64,000 bases of DNA from assembly GCA_951804945.1 (NCBI GenBank), contig OX638156.1, positions 40,486,001-40,550,000 of the forward strand, given 5' to 3'. How positions within the stretch are numbered: position 1 is the stretch's first letter; every line of letters starts with the position of its first letter. Source of the DNA: Podarcis cretensis. Lineage: Eukaryota. Shown piece by piece: positions 36,701-49,300 of the stretch. Position numbers and translations under genes: made by a program. The notes beneath the pieces were generated by a model that was not told where the DNA came from, searched no databases, and saw nothing but the letters and a program-made list of their open reading frames with translations.

Positions 36701-39700
36701 TGGAAACATTTAACTCCATTTATTTTATTTGTGTTTTTTTATATATATAAAAACAACCTGTGTGCTGAGAGAGTAAAAGTGGCTAGTAGGCTACTCAGAC
36801 CACAGGTGAAAAGTTCATCAAATTCATTGTCTCCTCAGCACTGATGCTCTTGGGCAGCTCTATTTAGTGGGTTAGGTTGTAAACAGAGTGAAGCACTGTC
36901 AAACCACCCACATGTTAAGAGGGGATTGAAAGAAGTGGCTTTCAGAGTTTCCCTTCCTCAGCCACAGATTCTCAGCGTGGAACTTCAGATGGTGCTTCCC
37001 TTGGAGGCCATGGCAGTTTGAGCTGTTGAATAATGGAAGCAATTGTACTAGTCGCATTTGCCTGGAAGCTGAGAGGCTGCTGTCTCTGGTGAAGCTTCTA
37101 ATTTGATTCTGCCTCGGAGGGGATGGTTCTTAGGAATGTTTTCTGCGATCTCCTAGAATAAAAATCCATGGCAAGTTCAGCTTCACTTTCACAAGAAGGG
37201 AGCTGCCTGCTGAAGTATTCCCACTTGGTGGATCTTGCGCCAGGATGAGGCCCTTTCTATCATCTAGCTTTGACCTCTCTGCTACTTTCTTTGTTGCAAA
37301 GAGGCTGAGATATTGTTGGGATACTGAAGATATATGAAGCTGGATACACTTGGCAGGAGAGGCCCTGCACGCAGGTCCTTAGTAAGCGATCATTGTGGTC
37401 CAAGGCATCCTTTGTTAGAAGTTAGTGCCATGTGTCCTTGTCCACAATTTGGGAAGTACATGCATCTTGGAGTCACATACCATGATGCAAATTACACTGA
37501 AAGGAATGAGCAACTAGATAGCAGATCAAAGTTTGGAAATACGCTGTTTATTACAAATAGAGGCCATGACTATTTACATAGTATTTGGTTTGGACTGGCA
37601 GCCTGGAAGTTAAATCTAGGACACAGTACAGATGTGAGGGATCTAATAGCAAATATAGACAGTAAAGACCTGCTGGAGCCAGGTGGACAGGTGTGGAGTT
37701 GAATTGCATTGGAGGGGAAAGAAGGATGCAAACACACATCTCTGCAAAGCAGCATCAGTACCTGTGTGAGAGAAAAGCTCAGATATAACCTATTCCCAGA
37801 TGGGGAGTGATTCTTCTTCGGCTGGGTGGGTGGGTTGCAGTTAATCAGGAGTTTGTCTTGGCACTTGGACCCCTGGGGTTACTTAAGCTACCTGAACCTT
37901 TGCCTCTTCATTGATAATATGTATTGCTGCCAGCAAACAACCAGAGAAAAGGTAGTTTGGGAGAGTGGTGGTAGGCTGAGCCCCTGAAGGTTTTCTTGAG
38001 CTCTGTATTGCATCTGTATCGCTGTGAAAGATGTCTGTGTGTTTTGTGCCTCTCCTGGAGCCCTCCCTAAGCAGATTTAAAAAGACAGGAGGGGGGAAAG
38101 GCAAGTAGAAAGGGGGGCAACGCTAACAAGGAGTGGAACAACTGAGGTTGCCCAAAAGCCAGCCTTGAGCAGACAAAGCTGGAATGGGCTTGAATTGAAT
38201 TGAATGGGCTTGAGTAGACCACTAAGATTTAGAAGCAGAATTTTTTTCCTGGCTACTCAAGGAAGGGTTTCCCCCTGCAACAAAGGGGAGCTGGAGTACT
38301 AGCTGGATCTGAGCTTTCCCACTGGGCGTATTGAGAGCCAAAATGCATGATGCACAAGAAGGGGTTCCAGCTGCATACTTTGCATGGAGGTGCATGTTTT
38401 GCATGGATGATCCTAACCTCAATGGATGCTAATGGGTGTTCAGGTACCTAGGATGTGTTTGTCAGGGGATTGCATTGTCTTGGGCATGGGCTGTTCTCCA
38501 ATAGTAAACCAGATCAAGTTGTATCTTGGGTGGATTGATCAGATTAGAGGTTGGGCAGAAAATAAGGCACTACGATGCTTGACTGGCAAGAGCCCCACCT
38601 GTTGATTGATTGATGCAAGGGCACACTGTGTCTTACTTGCCCAGCAAGCCAGAGATTTCAGAGTCAAGATGCCTGGGAGCATCCTTGAGACCACTGTGAG
38701 GCTGAGCTCCTTACCCACAATGTGGGATCCCATGGGAACAGCGAGCCCATGGCCCTGGTGCCACTGGGTGAGTGAAAGGAAGGAAGGAAGGAAGGAAGGA
38801 AGGAGAGGTGCTTGTTTGGGGGGGTGCTCACTGAGACGTTTGGCAGGGAAGAGACTGGCATTTGCTCAGGGTACTGAGACATCCATGTGGTTGTCCTGAA
38901 ACTATTTAGGGTGGTGGGGAGACAAATTGCAAATGCTTCTGAAGACGTTCACGCTCTCCCCCACTTTCCTGTGTCCCACTCTGCCACAGGGCTTTCCTGA
39001 GGGAGGGGCTTTCTTGCACTCCCCTTCCTCGCTCTGTTATCGCCGAGAGCTGCAAGCCCTCTTGCCCCAGCCTTTCCTGCGGAATGGGCTTTTTCACACT
39101 GAGTCCCATGGGGCTTTTCTCCATGTGATGCAGATCCCAAGTACAATGAAGCTTAACAAAAGCTTGTGCCAAAATGAATGGCTGCCTTTATCCGTTTATG
39201 CTTTTATTTGTGCTTGGTTGGATTTTGGCCCGCAGTTCCCCCGGTTTCCCAGCTCCCAGCTTGCCAAGGCTGAAATTTGGGACTTTGGTGTGTTACAAAG
39301 AACAAGGAGGGTGAGCTTGACGTGACCTCGGATGTGCTCCCTTCCCCTTGTTCTCGCTGTAGGCCTGGAGTCACCGTTTCATTTGCAGGCCAGCGGATTT
39401 GCAGGCGAATGTGGCAGCCTTCAGGGACAATGTGGGTGTGGGAGAGCACTTTTAGGGACTGGGCAGCCCTGGGGTGAGGCAGGCAACTTATTCAGATGTG
39501 TGAGCTGGTGCCATGGGAGAGGCAAGCTCCTCTGCCACCCCTCCTTTTAGTTTGTGTACACTCTAGACTCAGGGAAAACATTCGGGTAGTCAGAGGTTAT
39601 GAATTCGACTTTAGAAAATATCTAATTAATAAAAGGTGCACGTTGGGTCATCAAAATTCCTAACCTCTCCTATATGGTCTGAACTAGAGGGGACTAATCG

Positions 39701-42700
39701 AGAAGATCTTGGGGTTGTGGTGGATGGCTCATTGAGAATGGTGTTGGCGCTTCTGGGCATATCCATTTTGTTTCAGTGGGGCTTGCATGGGATAAATTCC
39801 CCAGTGGATTGTGGCTGCTAATGGTGGCTGCTGCTGCTTTGGGGCCTTGCTGGCATTTGTGTTAAGCCACAATAGCTTAAATAAGTGTGGGGAGAAGGGA
39901 GGGACTTTCCTGCTTTCTGGCAATGTCAGTTCCAGATTGAACAGAAGCAGGATGGGGACTGTGAAATTTTCTGGTTCAGAGACCAAGGGGCAAAGTTCAC
40001 CATCCCTTTCCCCCATTGAAAAGGGGGCTAGTTAAGTTGTCACTGGAAGATTGATTGGTTTCTCTTGGAAATGGGGAAGAGGGATCAAGCTTAGTCTTCA
40101 CATTGCACTCTTTTTTTGGGTGGGGATCTGCCAAATAGGGAAGATCTTGTTCTTGACCAGGTTTCTTCTTTCTCTGATGGTTGTACAAAAAGAAAATTAA
40201 TTTGAGGAGCCCTTTGAGGCGACAGGGAGAGAGAGAGAGCTCACCGCCTGCCCTTGCAGAAGGGGAGTTGCGTTCAGGGCCCAGGCCGCCTTCCTATGAG
40301 ATGGATGGAGCCCCTTCAGCCCTCCCACCTCTCAGTGGGGCTGAGCAGCTTGGGCTCCTTGATTGCCCTACAGCTGGGAGCATCAAGTGTTCTGTCAGGC
40401 ACTGGCCACTAGGGGGCCTCAGAGTCTGCAGCCTCTGCATTTTCTGTTGCCTGGTCCTCTGCTATTCAGAAACCTGTGCGGAAGAGTTTCTAGCAGCACG
40501 GTCCTATTTGCACTTGGCAGGTTGTGTTCCACTGATTCATCCATCAGCCCAGGGGCAGTTGATCTGAACATTAAGCTGGAGGACATTCCTCAGTCCGTGT
40601 TTGTCACCTAGATGCCCAGGTGACTTCTGTGGCCAGGATGGCCTTGCCACAATGGCCCATGCATTGCTAACCTCGGGACTTGATCGCTGTAACACACATT
40701 GTGTGGGGCTGCCTTGTAGCTGGTCTGGAAGCTGCAACTAGTGCAGAATAATAATAATTTTATTATTTCTACCCCGCCCATCCAGCTGGGTTGCCCAGAA
40801 TGAGGTGGCAAAGCTGCCCACAAGAGCAGATTTACTGGCAGCATGTTACTCGGCACTGAGAGAGCTGCACTGGTTGCTGATTCAGGGTTCTTGTGTTAGC
40901 CGTAAACAACCTGGACCAAAAGTAACTCAAGGACTTGCCTGGTCTGTTGCTCTCCATCTCCGTCACTGAGATCCTGTAATGGGGTGTTTCTGGTGGGCTT
41001 GGCTGGCTTGTGGAACTCACTGCCAATAGAGGGCTCGGCAAAAACAATCCCTGCCCTCTTGTAATCATCTTCTGAAAACACTGTTATTTAGACAGGTTTT
41101 TGAAACTTGAACTCTTTTTTCTTTTCTTTTTTTGCTAGCCAGTATTTATTGATTCTGTTGATGTTTCTGTTGATTTTATTGCCATGTTTTTATGTGCCTA
41201 TAAATACTTAAATAAATAGACATGCTAATAGCTGGGGAACTGAGCCACGTGGCAGCGGATTGGGGCAGCAGCAGTACCTTTTTCCATTCTTTCTCAAGGA
41301 GGATCTGGAGCTTCCCCCACGGGCTTTTCTGTGGTTGGGGCTAACTCACAAGTTGCATCATCACCCTGCCTATCCCAAGTATAAAGAGGCCTCTATCCTT
41401 TGAGATACTGCTCTCTGCGGATGGTAGGAAGTGAGGGGGAAGCAGCAGCAGCAGCTCCTTTTTCGTGAAGGGAAGATGCTTCTCAGTTGCTGTCGAATGT
41501 GTCATGTCTGCCTGAGCGCTGGAGGTCTGCCAGAGGCCAGCTTCATTTCCTTTAGCTCCAGTTATCTTTGCCAGCTCTGCTCCCTTGGCCGCGCGCCTCT
41601 TCAGAAGGGAGCAGAGAGGCAAGGGAAGCAAGGCAGAGAGCTCAGGGTGACTCCTTTGGTAACCAGAAACCTGCCCACCAGTGGTGGCAGTGGGACGAGT
41701 GGATGGGATTTGACAGCAGTGTCAGGCAGATGTTTCTGCTCAGGATGCTGACTTTTGGACTTGTATGTGTGTGTGAGAGAGAGAAAGAGCCCTTTGTTAG
41801 TGAGCAGCAGAGGATAGCTTTGCACAAAAGTAGGTTGCAAGAGGATGCAAGAGCACCAATGACTAGTGCTAAATAATTGCTGTGTGTGGATTCTGTGTGA
41901 AATGGTGTTCCTGGCATCTCAGAAGACCAATATCAAGCCCTGAGGTTCTCTTTTTGATGTTGTGGCAAAGTTATCTCCTGAATAATGGCATTCCCACTGC
42001 CCCTACATAAGCTATGTGCACATACTGCAAAGCTGCCTTCATTTTATGGAAAGAGGTGACCCATTTACGCAGTGCTCGTAATGCACCTGTATCGTGTAGC
42101 TCTGATGCTAGGGGTACGGAAGGACCAGGGCAGGCACAGGGTGCTGAAGCCCTGGAGGCTACAGGAATTCTGCCTCAAAGCCCAGACCCAGCATTGCCCC
42201 CTTTTGCAGCAGTGGGTATGAGAGATTTTCAGGGAGCTGAATCCAACACGCAGCACCAGTTCCTGCACTGGTGATCCTGGGACAGATATGTCATTCCCCA
42301 CAGACCACTTTCCAGCCATGGTGGCATTTTGTGTTCCCATCCTTAAAGAGGCAGCAAGATGCACTCCCGAGGTGCTGAGGCCTGGCACTCTTGAGTATTC
42401 GAGCCTTGGGAGGAGGAGTGTGTGTTGTGTGCTTTCATGCACTGCCTCTTCAGCAAGACTGGGGCAGCTTGCACATGAGCCAGTGGAGCGAACATCAGAT
42501 TGGTTCAACTGGAACATGAGGCACATTAACTTGACCTAGATCTGGTTAGCAGAGGAAGTCTCGTAGACATGCATTGGGGGAAGGCAGTAGCAGCAGCAGC
42601 AGCAGGAGGATTTTCATTACTAGAAAACGCCTCCTTGAAATGCTTTTGCTCTCCACTCAGCAAAGCTAGTGTCATGTGGAAGGCTGAGCTGTGTTTTTTC

Positions 42701-45700
42701 CACTTTCCGTCACTCTCAGCCATTCCGCAGTGGTAGTAAACATATTAGATGCAAAATCCCAAGACCTCCTTGCAGTGCTGTTTCCTAATCATTGTGGTTA
42801 TGGACAAATACATGAAAACATGTCAAAAAAAGCTCAACTTTATGCTGTGATACACATGCATTCTTTGCCATTCCCAATAAGGCTGTTCCTCCTTCCATCC
42901 TCCCCCTTTGGTGTGTCTCTGCTCTCATCTTTTCCATAAGGCACATCTGATCAGATCCACCATCTGAGAAGAAATAAAAACAGATTTCCAGATTATGTAG
43001 AACTTGGGCAAAAGCTGCTGCGACCTGTGCAAACCAGATTAATATTTGCACGGATGCATGCTATTATTTTTCCCCACCTTCGGAGAATAGGAGCATCTCT
43101 CGCTGCCAGTTTTATCTAGGGCTTTTCTTCCTTTGAGCCTAAATCCTAAAAAAGTAATCTCACCTTCCCATTTTAAAAAATAATCTCTGCCAGCTGATCT
43201 GGTGGCTCTTAATGCTAGAGGTGGTGGTGGCTGTGCTTCTGGGCTGCACCCCTTCCCCCACCAGGAAGCCCCCCCCCCCCCCGCACGCTCTGCCTTGTCT
43301 GTGGGGGAGGGGAAGGGCCTCTGTGGCCTCAGCCCTTTCATGTCCAATAATGGGAGCTTAAAGAGCTGCTGCCTCGGCTGCTTCTGCTTCTGCTGCTCTC
43401 AGATGATGGGACCCAGCTGATGTGCCTTTCTGGCACCTGGCCTGTTGCCGTGGCAACGTTAGGCATTTGTGTTCCTGCAGGATATTGCTTTTCTTACACC
43501 CTTCCAGTTTCATTCTTTCGCTCGCACAAAAGAGAGGGAGAGAGAGAGAGAAGCTGCCTGCTGGAGGCTTGCTTAGTGGAAAGATGCATCACGCATGCAA
43601 AACACTCTCCCTCCCCCTCCCCGCCATCCTGGTTGAGCTTGGTAGGATGCACCATTTCACTTCATTCAAAGGCAGCCTTGCATGTGGAAACCGCCAGGCT
43701 GAATAGGGTCCAGGGAGGTCCAGCTAACTTGACAAGGCAAGGCAGTGCACATCAAAAATGGATATGTGCAAACTCGTTTGCTCGTTCCTCTTCCAGGGCA
43801 GCGGTGGCCAAGATGTGGTGCTTTCCCCTGACAGCCTCCTGGTGCCACAGCTGCTTGCTGCTCAATGCCATTCCCAGGTGGTTCCACATTGTCTATATAG
43901 GTTCAGCAGTAGGGTGTGATGGGACACCGGCCATTGCTGAGGAGAGGTAGCCGCGGGAGGCCTCTTGCCTTCATGTAGGTGCTGGGCCTTGGCCAGAGCA
44001 GATAACTTCATGGTGCTCCTGTGGAGCCTTCCTTCCTTGCTTGCAGAGAGTGCTCAAAGTTCATGATCGAGGCTCCCATATACCAAACGCTCTTCCTCTT
44101 CCAAGGCCAGGCTGTGCGGTGGAGTAACTGAGCCTCACTTGTCCCAACCCAGGGGAAGGATCAGGTGAGGAGAACCTGGGCAAGAAGCAGAGCTCACCCA
44201 CTGAGGTCACCTTCACACCATACATTTAAAGCACTGCAAATAGTCAGTGACTTCCCCCAAGTAATTCTGGGAACTGCCGTTGGCTATGGGTGCGGAGAGT
44301 TGTTCCTCTCACAGAGCTACCATGTCCCAAGTTCCCTTTGAAGAGGGATTGACTGTTAAACCACTTTTTTATAGGATTTTATAGCTCTAACGATGCTCCC
44401 CTAACAACTCTCAGCACCTTTAACAAACTATAACTCCCAGAGTTCTTTGGGGGAAGTAATGACTGTTCAGAGTGGTATTAAAGTGCTTCAAATGCGTGGT
44501 GTGATTAGGGAAGGTGGGTTAGAGTGGACACATTGCAAAAGTGAGAGGCCTATACTGAGTCACCAGATTAAAACCTTGTGTGCCGCCTCTGTTTTGGCTC
44601 CTGTGGGCTCCTGTGGGCAGATTGTGCTACCTGTGCAGTCGTGGTGATGCCACGGCCATGAATCAAGTTTGTGATACTTGTGGCAGCTTGACAAGTGGTT
44701 GAGCGACATGTTAAACATGCAACATGGCACAATACAGGACAGATGCCAAGCTTGGTGCTGTACACATGCCTGGTTTGGTGTTTTGTTTTTTTCTTTTAGT
44801 GGACCTTGGGCAGGGGCTGAAGCTGGTAAAAGACCCCAGGCCCAGCCTCTGGCACTAGGGGGCATCTTTGCCCAAGACCGTGAAAATCCTGTTGCCAGTG
44901 AGAGCAGACAACCCTGTGGGCCTAATGCTTCGTGTATCAGGTGGCATCATAGTAGGGGCAAGGGCAGTCTTCCCGGCCATGGGCCCTCCAGATGTTTCTT
45001 CTACAACTCCCTCAGCCCCAGCCAGCACAGCCATGGGGCTAATAGGAGTTGTAGTCCAAAACACCTGGAGGACACCCAAGTTGGCAGAGGCTGGGTTAGA
45101 GTGTGGGATTAGGACTGAGAAGATCCATATTCAAATTCTCTTTTTTTTTTTAATAAATTTTTTTATTAATTTCCAAATTTTTAACAAACACAAAAACAAC
45201 ATAAAAACAAACACAAAAATCATATTTTCTTTACCTTATTTCCATAAACCTCTTTTCCCGGACTTCCCCATACCTTCCCCTTTTTGCATCCTTTATTTTA
45301 TACAATTATTCAGCAACCCTTCTTAGCCAATTAAATATAAATTCATTCTCCTTTTCAATTTCACCCTAAATTAAACACAATTTACTGCTGCAATTCTACG
45401 TCTTCCTCTCCCTCAGCATTTTAGCACTCCTCAATTTTATAGTAACTCTTAAGATACATCTTAAACTTCTTCCAATCTTCTTCCACAGTCTCTTTCTCTT
45501 GGTCGCGGATTCTGCCGGTCATTTCTGCCAGTCCCATAAAGTCGATCACTTTCGCCTGCCATTCCTCCAGCATGGGTAGCTCTTGTGTCTTCCAATACTT
45601 TGCTAGGAGAATCCTTGCTGCCGTAGTAGCGTACAAAAAGAAAAGAAATACTCTGGTTTCACCTCAGATCGTATAAATCTTTCGCCTTTTACCATATTCA

Positions 45701-46292
45701 AATTCTCAGTCAGCCATGAAACTGGCCTTGGGGTCAGTCGCTATAGCTCTCGGGCCAGCCTACTGCTCAGGGTGATTGTAAAGATAAAATTAGTGGTGAG
45801 AACTATGGAGGCTACCTTGAGCTCTTTGGAGGGAAATTGGTGGGATATTAAATATATTTTCTTTTTCTTTCTTCATTTTTGCATGCTCACCTTACCTGAT
45901 CCCATTGACTGGGGGTGTTGGCTTGACAGGTAATCATTTCTTGGAAAAGCATCCCTGGTGAGATGCATGAAAACAGGTCCTTATCCTCCTGAAAGCCTCA
46001 ATTCCTGCTGACAATGGCAACAGTGACTTGCCATGCCCACGACAACCTCTAAAATGCCTATGCAGAGGACCCTCTGCACTGTTCTCATCATGAAGCCAGT
46101 GAAGAAATTTCCCTTTGGATGTTTGAATTTGCTCTTAGTTCAAAACTAGATTTGCTGGGATGTCCTGCTTATGCTCTGAGTGACATCCCTACACCACCTT
46201 CCCTTGCCCAAGGCACATAAGAGGAAAGTGAGACATTCCATCGTTGCGTTGCAAGTTTCCCCACTATCATAAATGGTGGCCGGTAAGGGACA

Positions 46293-46323
<31 letters not shown>

Positions 46324-49300
46324 CTGGATAGACATGCAGCATGGAGGTATTATACTGCACAGTTTGGATAGCTAGAAATTATGGGATGCAGGGCAGGAGA
46401 TGTGGGAGCTGCGCCATCAAGCTTGTCCATAGTCTTTCAAGTGCAGGGACGGAAGTGAGTTCATAAGAGTCTCATAGAAATCAGAAGATCAATCAGGGAT
46501 TGAATGTCAGTTCATAAGGGCAAGGCAGAACCTGTTCAAAAGACACCATGCCTGCCTGCTTGCCAGCTTAACCTTTGTGGTTGCCAGGGGCTAGTTTTAC
46601 TAGAAGCCGTCATTGTGTTTGGGGTGTACCCATTGCAGGTTAATAACAGCTGGGTATTGCTTGGCTTCCACACTCCCACCTCAAATCCTGTATTTGGCTT
46701 AATCTCCATTCATATGATTTAACCACTTTCCCATTATTTTAAATCCATGCATTTCAAGAGCGCACATTATGGCTATGACCATTAAAACATTTGTTTGCAA
46801 TTGAGTATTCCATATTCAGGATCGTTAAGAAAGGAACTGAAAATAAAACTGCCAATATTAAAGTGACCTTGTACAAACCTTTAGAGCCTCTGCATTTGGA
46901 ATACTGGTTTCAGTTCTGGTTACCGTATCTCAAAAATGGATATTGTAGAGCTGGGGAAAGTGCAGGAAAAGAGCACAGGGAGTCCTTGTCTTCTCTGCCT
47001 GCCTTGCCAGCCACCCCTTGATCTCTTTTTATTCCTTGATTCCAGGTTATCCTCAAGGACCTTGAAGTCTTGGCCGAGATTGCATCCTCTCCAGCAGGTC
47101 AGACAGAAGGACAAGGGGCACCTGACGGCCCCAGTTTACGACCTGGGCAACTGGAACTGCACATTCCTGCTCCAACTAAACCTTCCCAGGTTGGCTCCTC
47201 TGGTAAGTGCCCCTGTCTCTGGCAAAGATCTCACACGCTTTGAGCAGCCTCTGGATATTTTTTTCTCCTGGTGCAAAGTGGCACAGGGCAGCTTTAGACA
47301 GGCGAAGGCAAGTGATTCCCTGGCAGAATCGGCACCAGTATTTGAGGGAAATGTGTTTGCCACAGAGGAGGGCCACATTGTGTGGTTCCAGCTACAGCTG
47401 GAGCCTGAAGACTTCTGTGCAGCTTCTGCTTGTAGTAACGGCTGGTGGGTGGGGAGAGCGAACGTAAGCGTTTGTGTTGATAATTATACACCTCCAGACT
47501 GATGCAGAAGGAGGGTGGGAGGTGAGAAGAGAAGCAACAGTTGTGACACCAACAAGGAGGCAGTTTGGGAATCAAAAATGTTTTGCTGTGTGCCTGCCTT
47601 GAGTCCTCATGCCTGCAGAGTAGAACTGAGCCAGGTGAGAGCTTAGAAGAAGTTTGAGGGTGAGACGTAGACTCCATTTCCTGCTCTTCCCTATTGCTGG
47701 CCAATCTCCTTCATCCCATTCCTCTGCTTCTGAAATGCTGTGTCGTTGGGACAGACTGCAGGGCAGCCCCTCTGGAGCAATTCATCAGGCTGGTCTTCAA
47801 TAGAGTTTGTGTCAACAGGAAAGGAAACAATGGCTAAAGTTTTAACAGGGAATCTATATTTCCACGCAAATCAATCCCAAAGCTTTTAAGGGATGTACAT
47901 TATAGTTGTGCAGTGTGCCTAATTTCTGCCATTTGTGAATAGTGGGAGTCCTTGCCTCTGCCCAGAACTGCTTCTGATTTTGTCTTAGGGCAAGTGAGGT
48001 TTTATGAATGGGGACATCTCAGAGCGCAGGCACCCTTTTTAGCCCAGATGGATGAAACTTGATGAATGTTAGCATTAATCAACATACATAGCAACAAAGC
48101 CGCTATACAGAGGGGTGAAGGTAATAGAGGGGAGGGGAAAGACGAATGAGGATAGAGAGAGAGAGCGCACAAGTGAACAGCCAACCAGTGGTGCTGGGGA
48201 ACTGTGGCATTTGGAACACAGGTCAAAAGCACTGAAACAGCGCCACCTCCCCCTGGGTTTCCAGGCCCAGCTCAAAGGGCTGGAAGGGCTTTTTCATTAT
48301 CAGGGACTGGCTTCCCCCTCTTCCAAGTCATCAGGGGAGGCCCTCCAGGTCCACCCCCTCCCCCCATGGAGCTTAAGGATCAATGCCTCCTCTTTCCATG
48401 TGCCAGACTGCACTGTCTTCCTCTTTGCTGTCCACCTTACAAGAATAGTTAACATTCTTCAAGTAGTTTTCTTCGTCCAGGTCAATTAATTTGGGCTCTA
48501 TGTGTGTGAGAGTGCTGTATTAATCTGCTTATCCTTTGCACTGTTTCCCACGCCACCCCAAAAAAAACAAACACATTTTTACTGTCGTGCTAAACTGCTG
48601 TTTCTTACAGTAATTACTTTAGTCTTTTTTGGATTGTAATAATGTTGAATTTATTTGTAATGTTTCTTATGGTAATGTGAGACATAGCAAAGGCTTGGTG
48701 ACTTGTTTGGTTGCCTTTGAACACAAGGAACTTGGACAGGGGATTGGGTCCTGTTGGTTCTGCTGATTTTGCAGGGGCTTCCATTATCATTGGCCATGGG
48801 CTGCCATTCTGGAGAGCTTTGCACCCCTTTTCAATGGTTCTCCTTAGAGGAGCAGTTTCAATACGCTCACATCTGATGCACATTTGGCAGAAACCCCAAG
48901 CAGGGGCTTCTTGGTGGCTGCTCCCAGTCTCTGGGACTCATTTCCAAGGGGGACGAGCTTGCCCAATTTTTGACCACACACTAGTTGGCAAAAACATTTT
49001 TATTTAGACAGATAAGCTGACTTTAGAATATGTTGAAACTGGGTTTTTTTCTGGTGGTTTTGATTTTATTGATTTATCTGCCTTATTTTTCTGTTCTTCC
49101 TCACTCTGTATTTTATTGCTGTTTCATTACATCTTGTTGTACTTGTGTTGTTGCATTTAGCAACCTGGAGCACCATTTGGTGGAAAGGTGGGAAATAAAT
49201 TTAAAGATCAAAGACACAAGAACATATCAAAACGTGTATGTGGGTAGGTCACATGGCACCAGTGGAGGCTGGTTTCTTTGAAGAAAGGATAACTCACTTA

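Larger units (their letters stand above)
45093..45855 (+). mobile_element. MIR/CORE-like SINE split by the L1/U5 insertion
   Basis: Head ggttagagtgtgggattaggac... continues after the second TSD as agtcagccatgaaactggccttgggg...ctaccttgagctctttggagg. Confidence 0.65.

Noticed and set aside
45648-45692. Functional U5 snRNA gene
   Set aside because: Only nt 1-45 are present, with no Sm site or 3' stem-loop. Upstream sequence is L1 rather than an snRNA promoter, and it lies within a TSD-bounded insertion.
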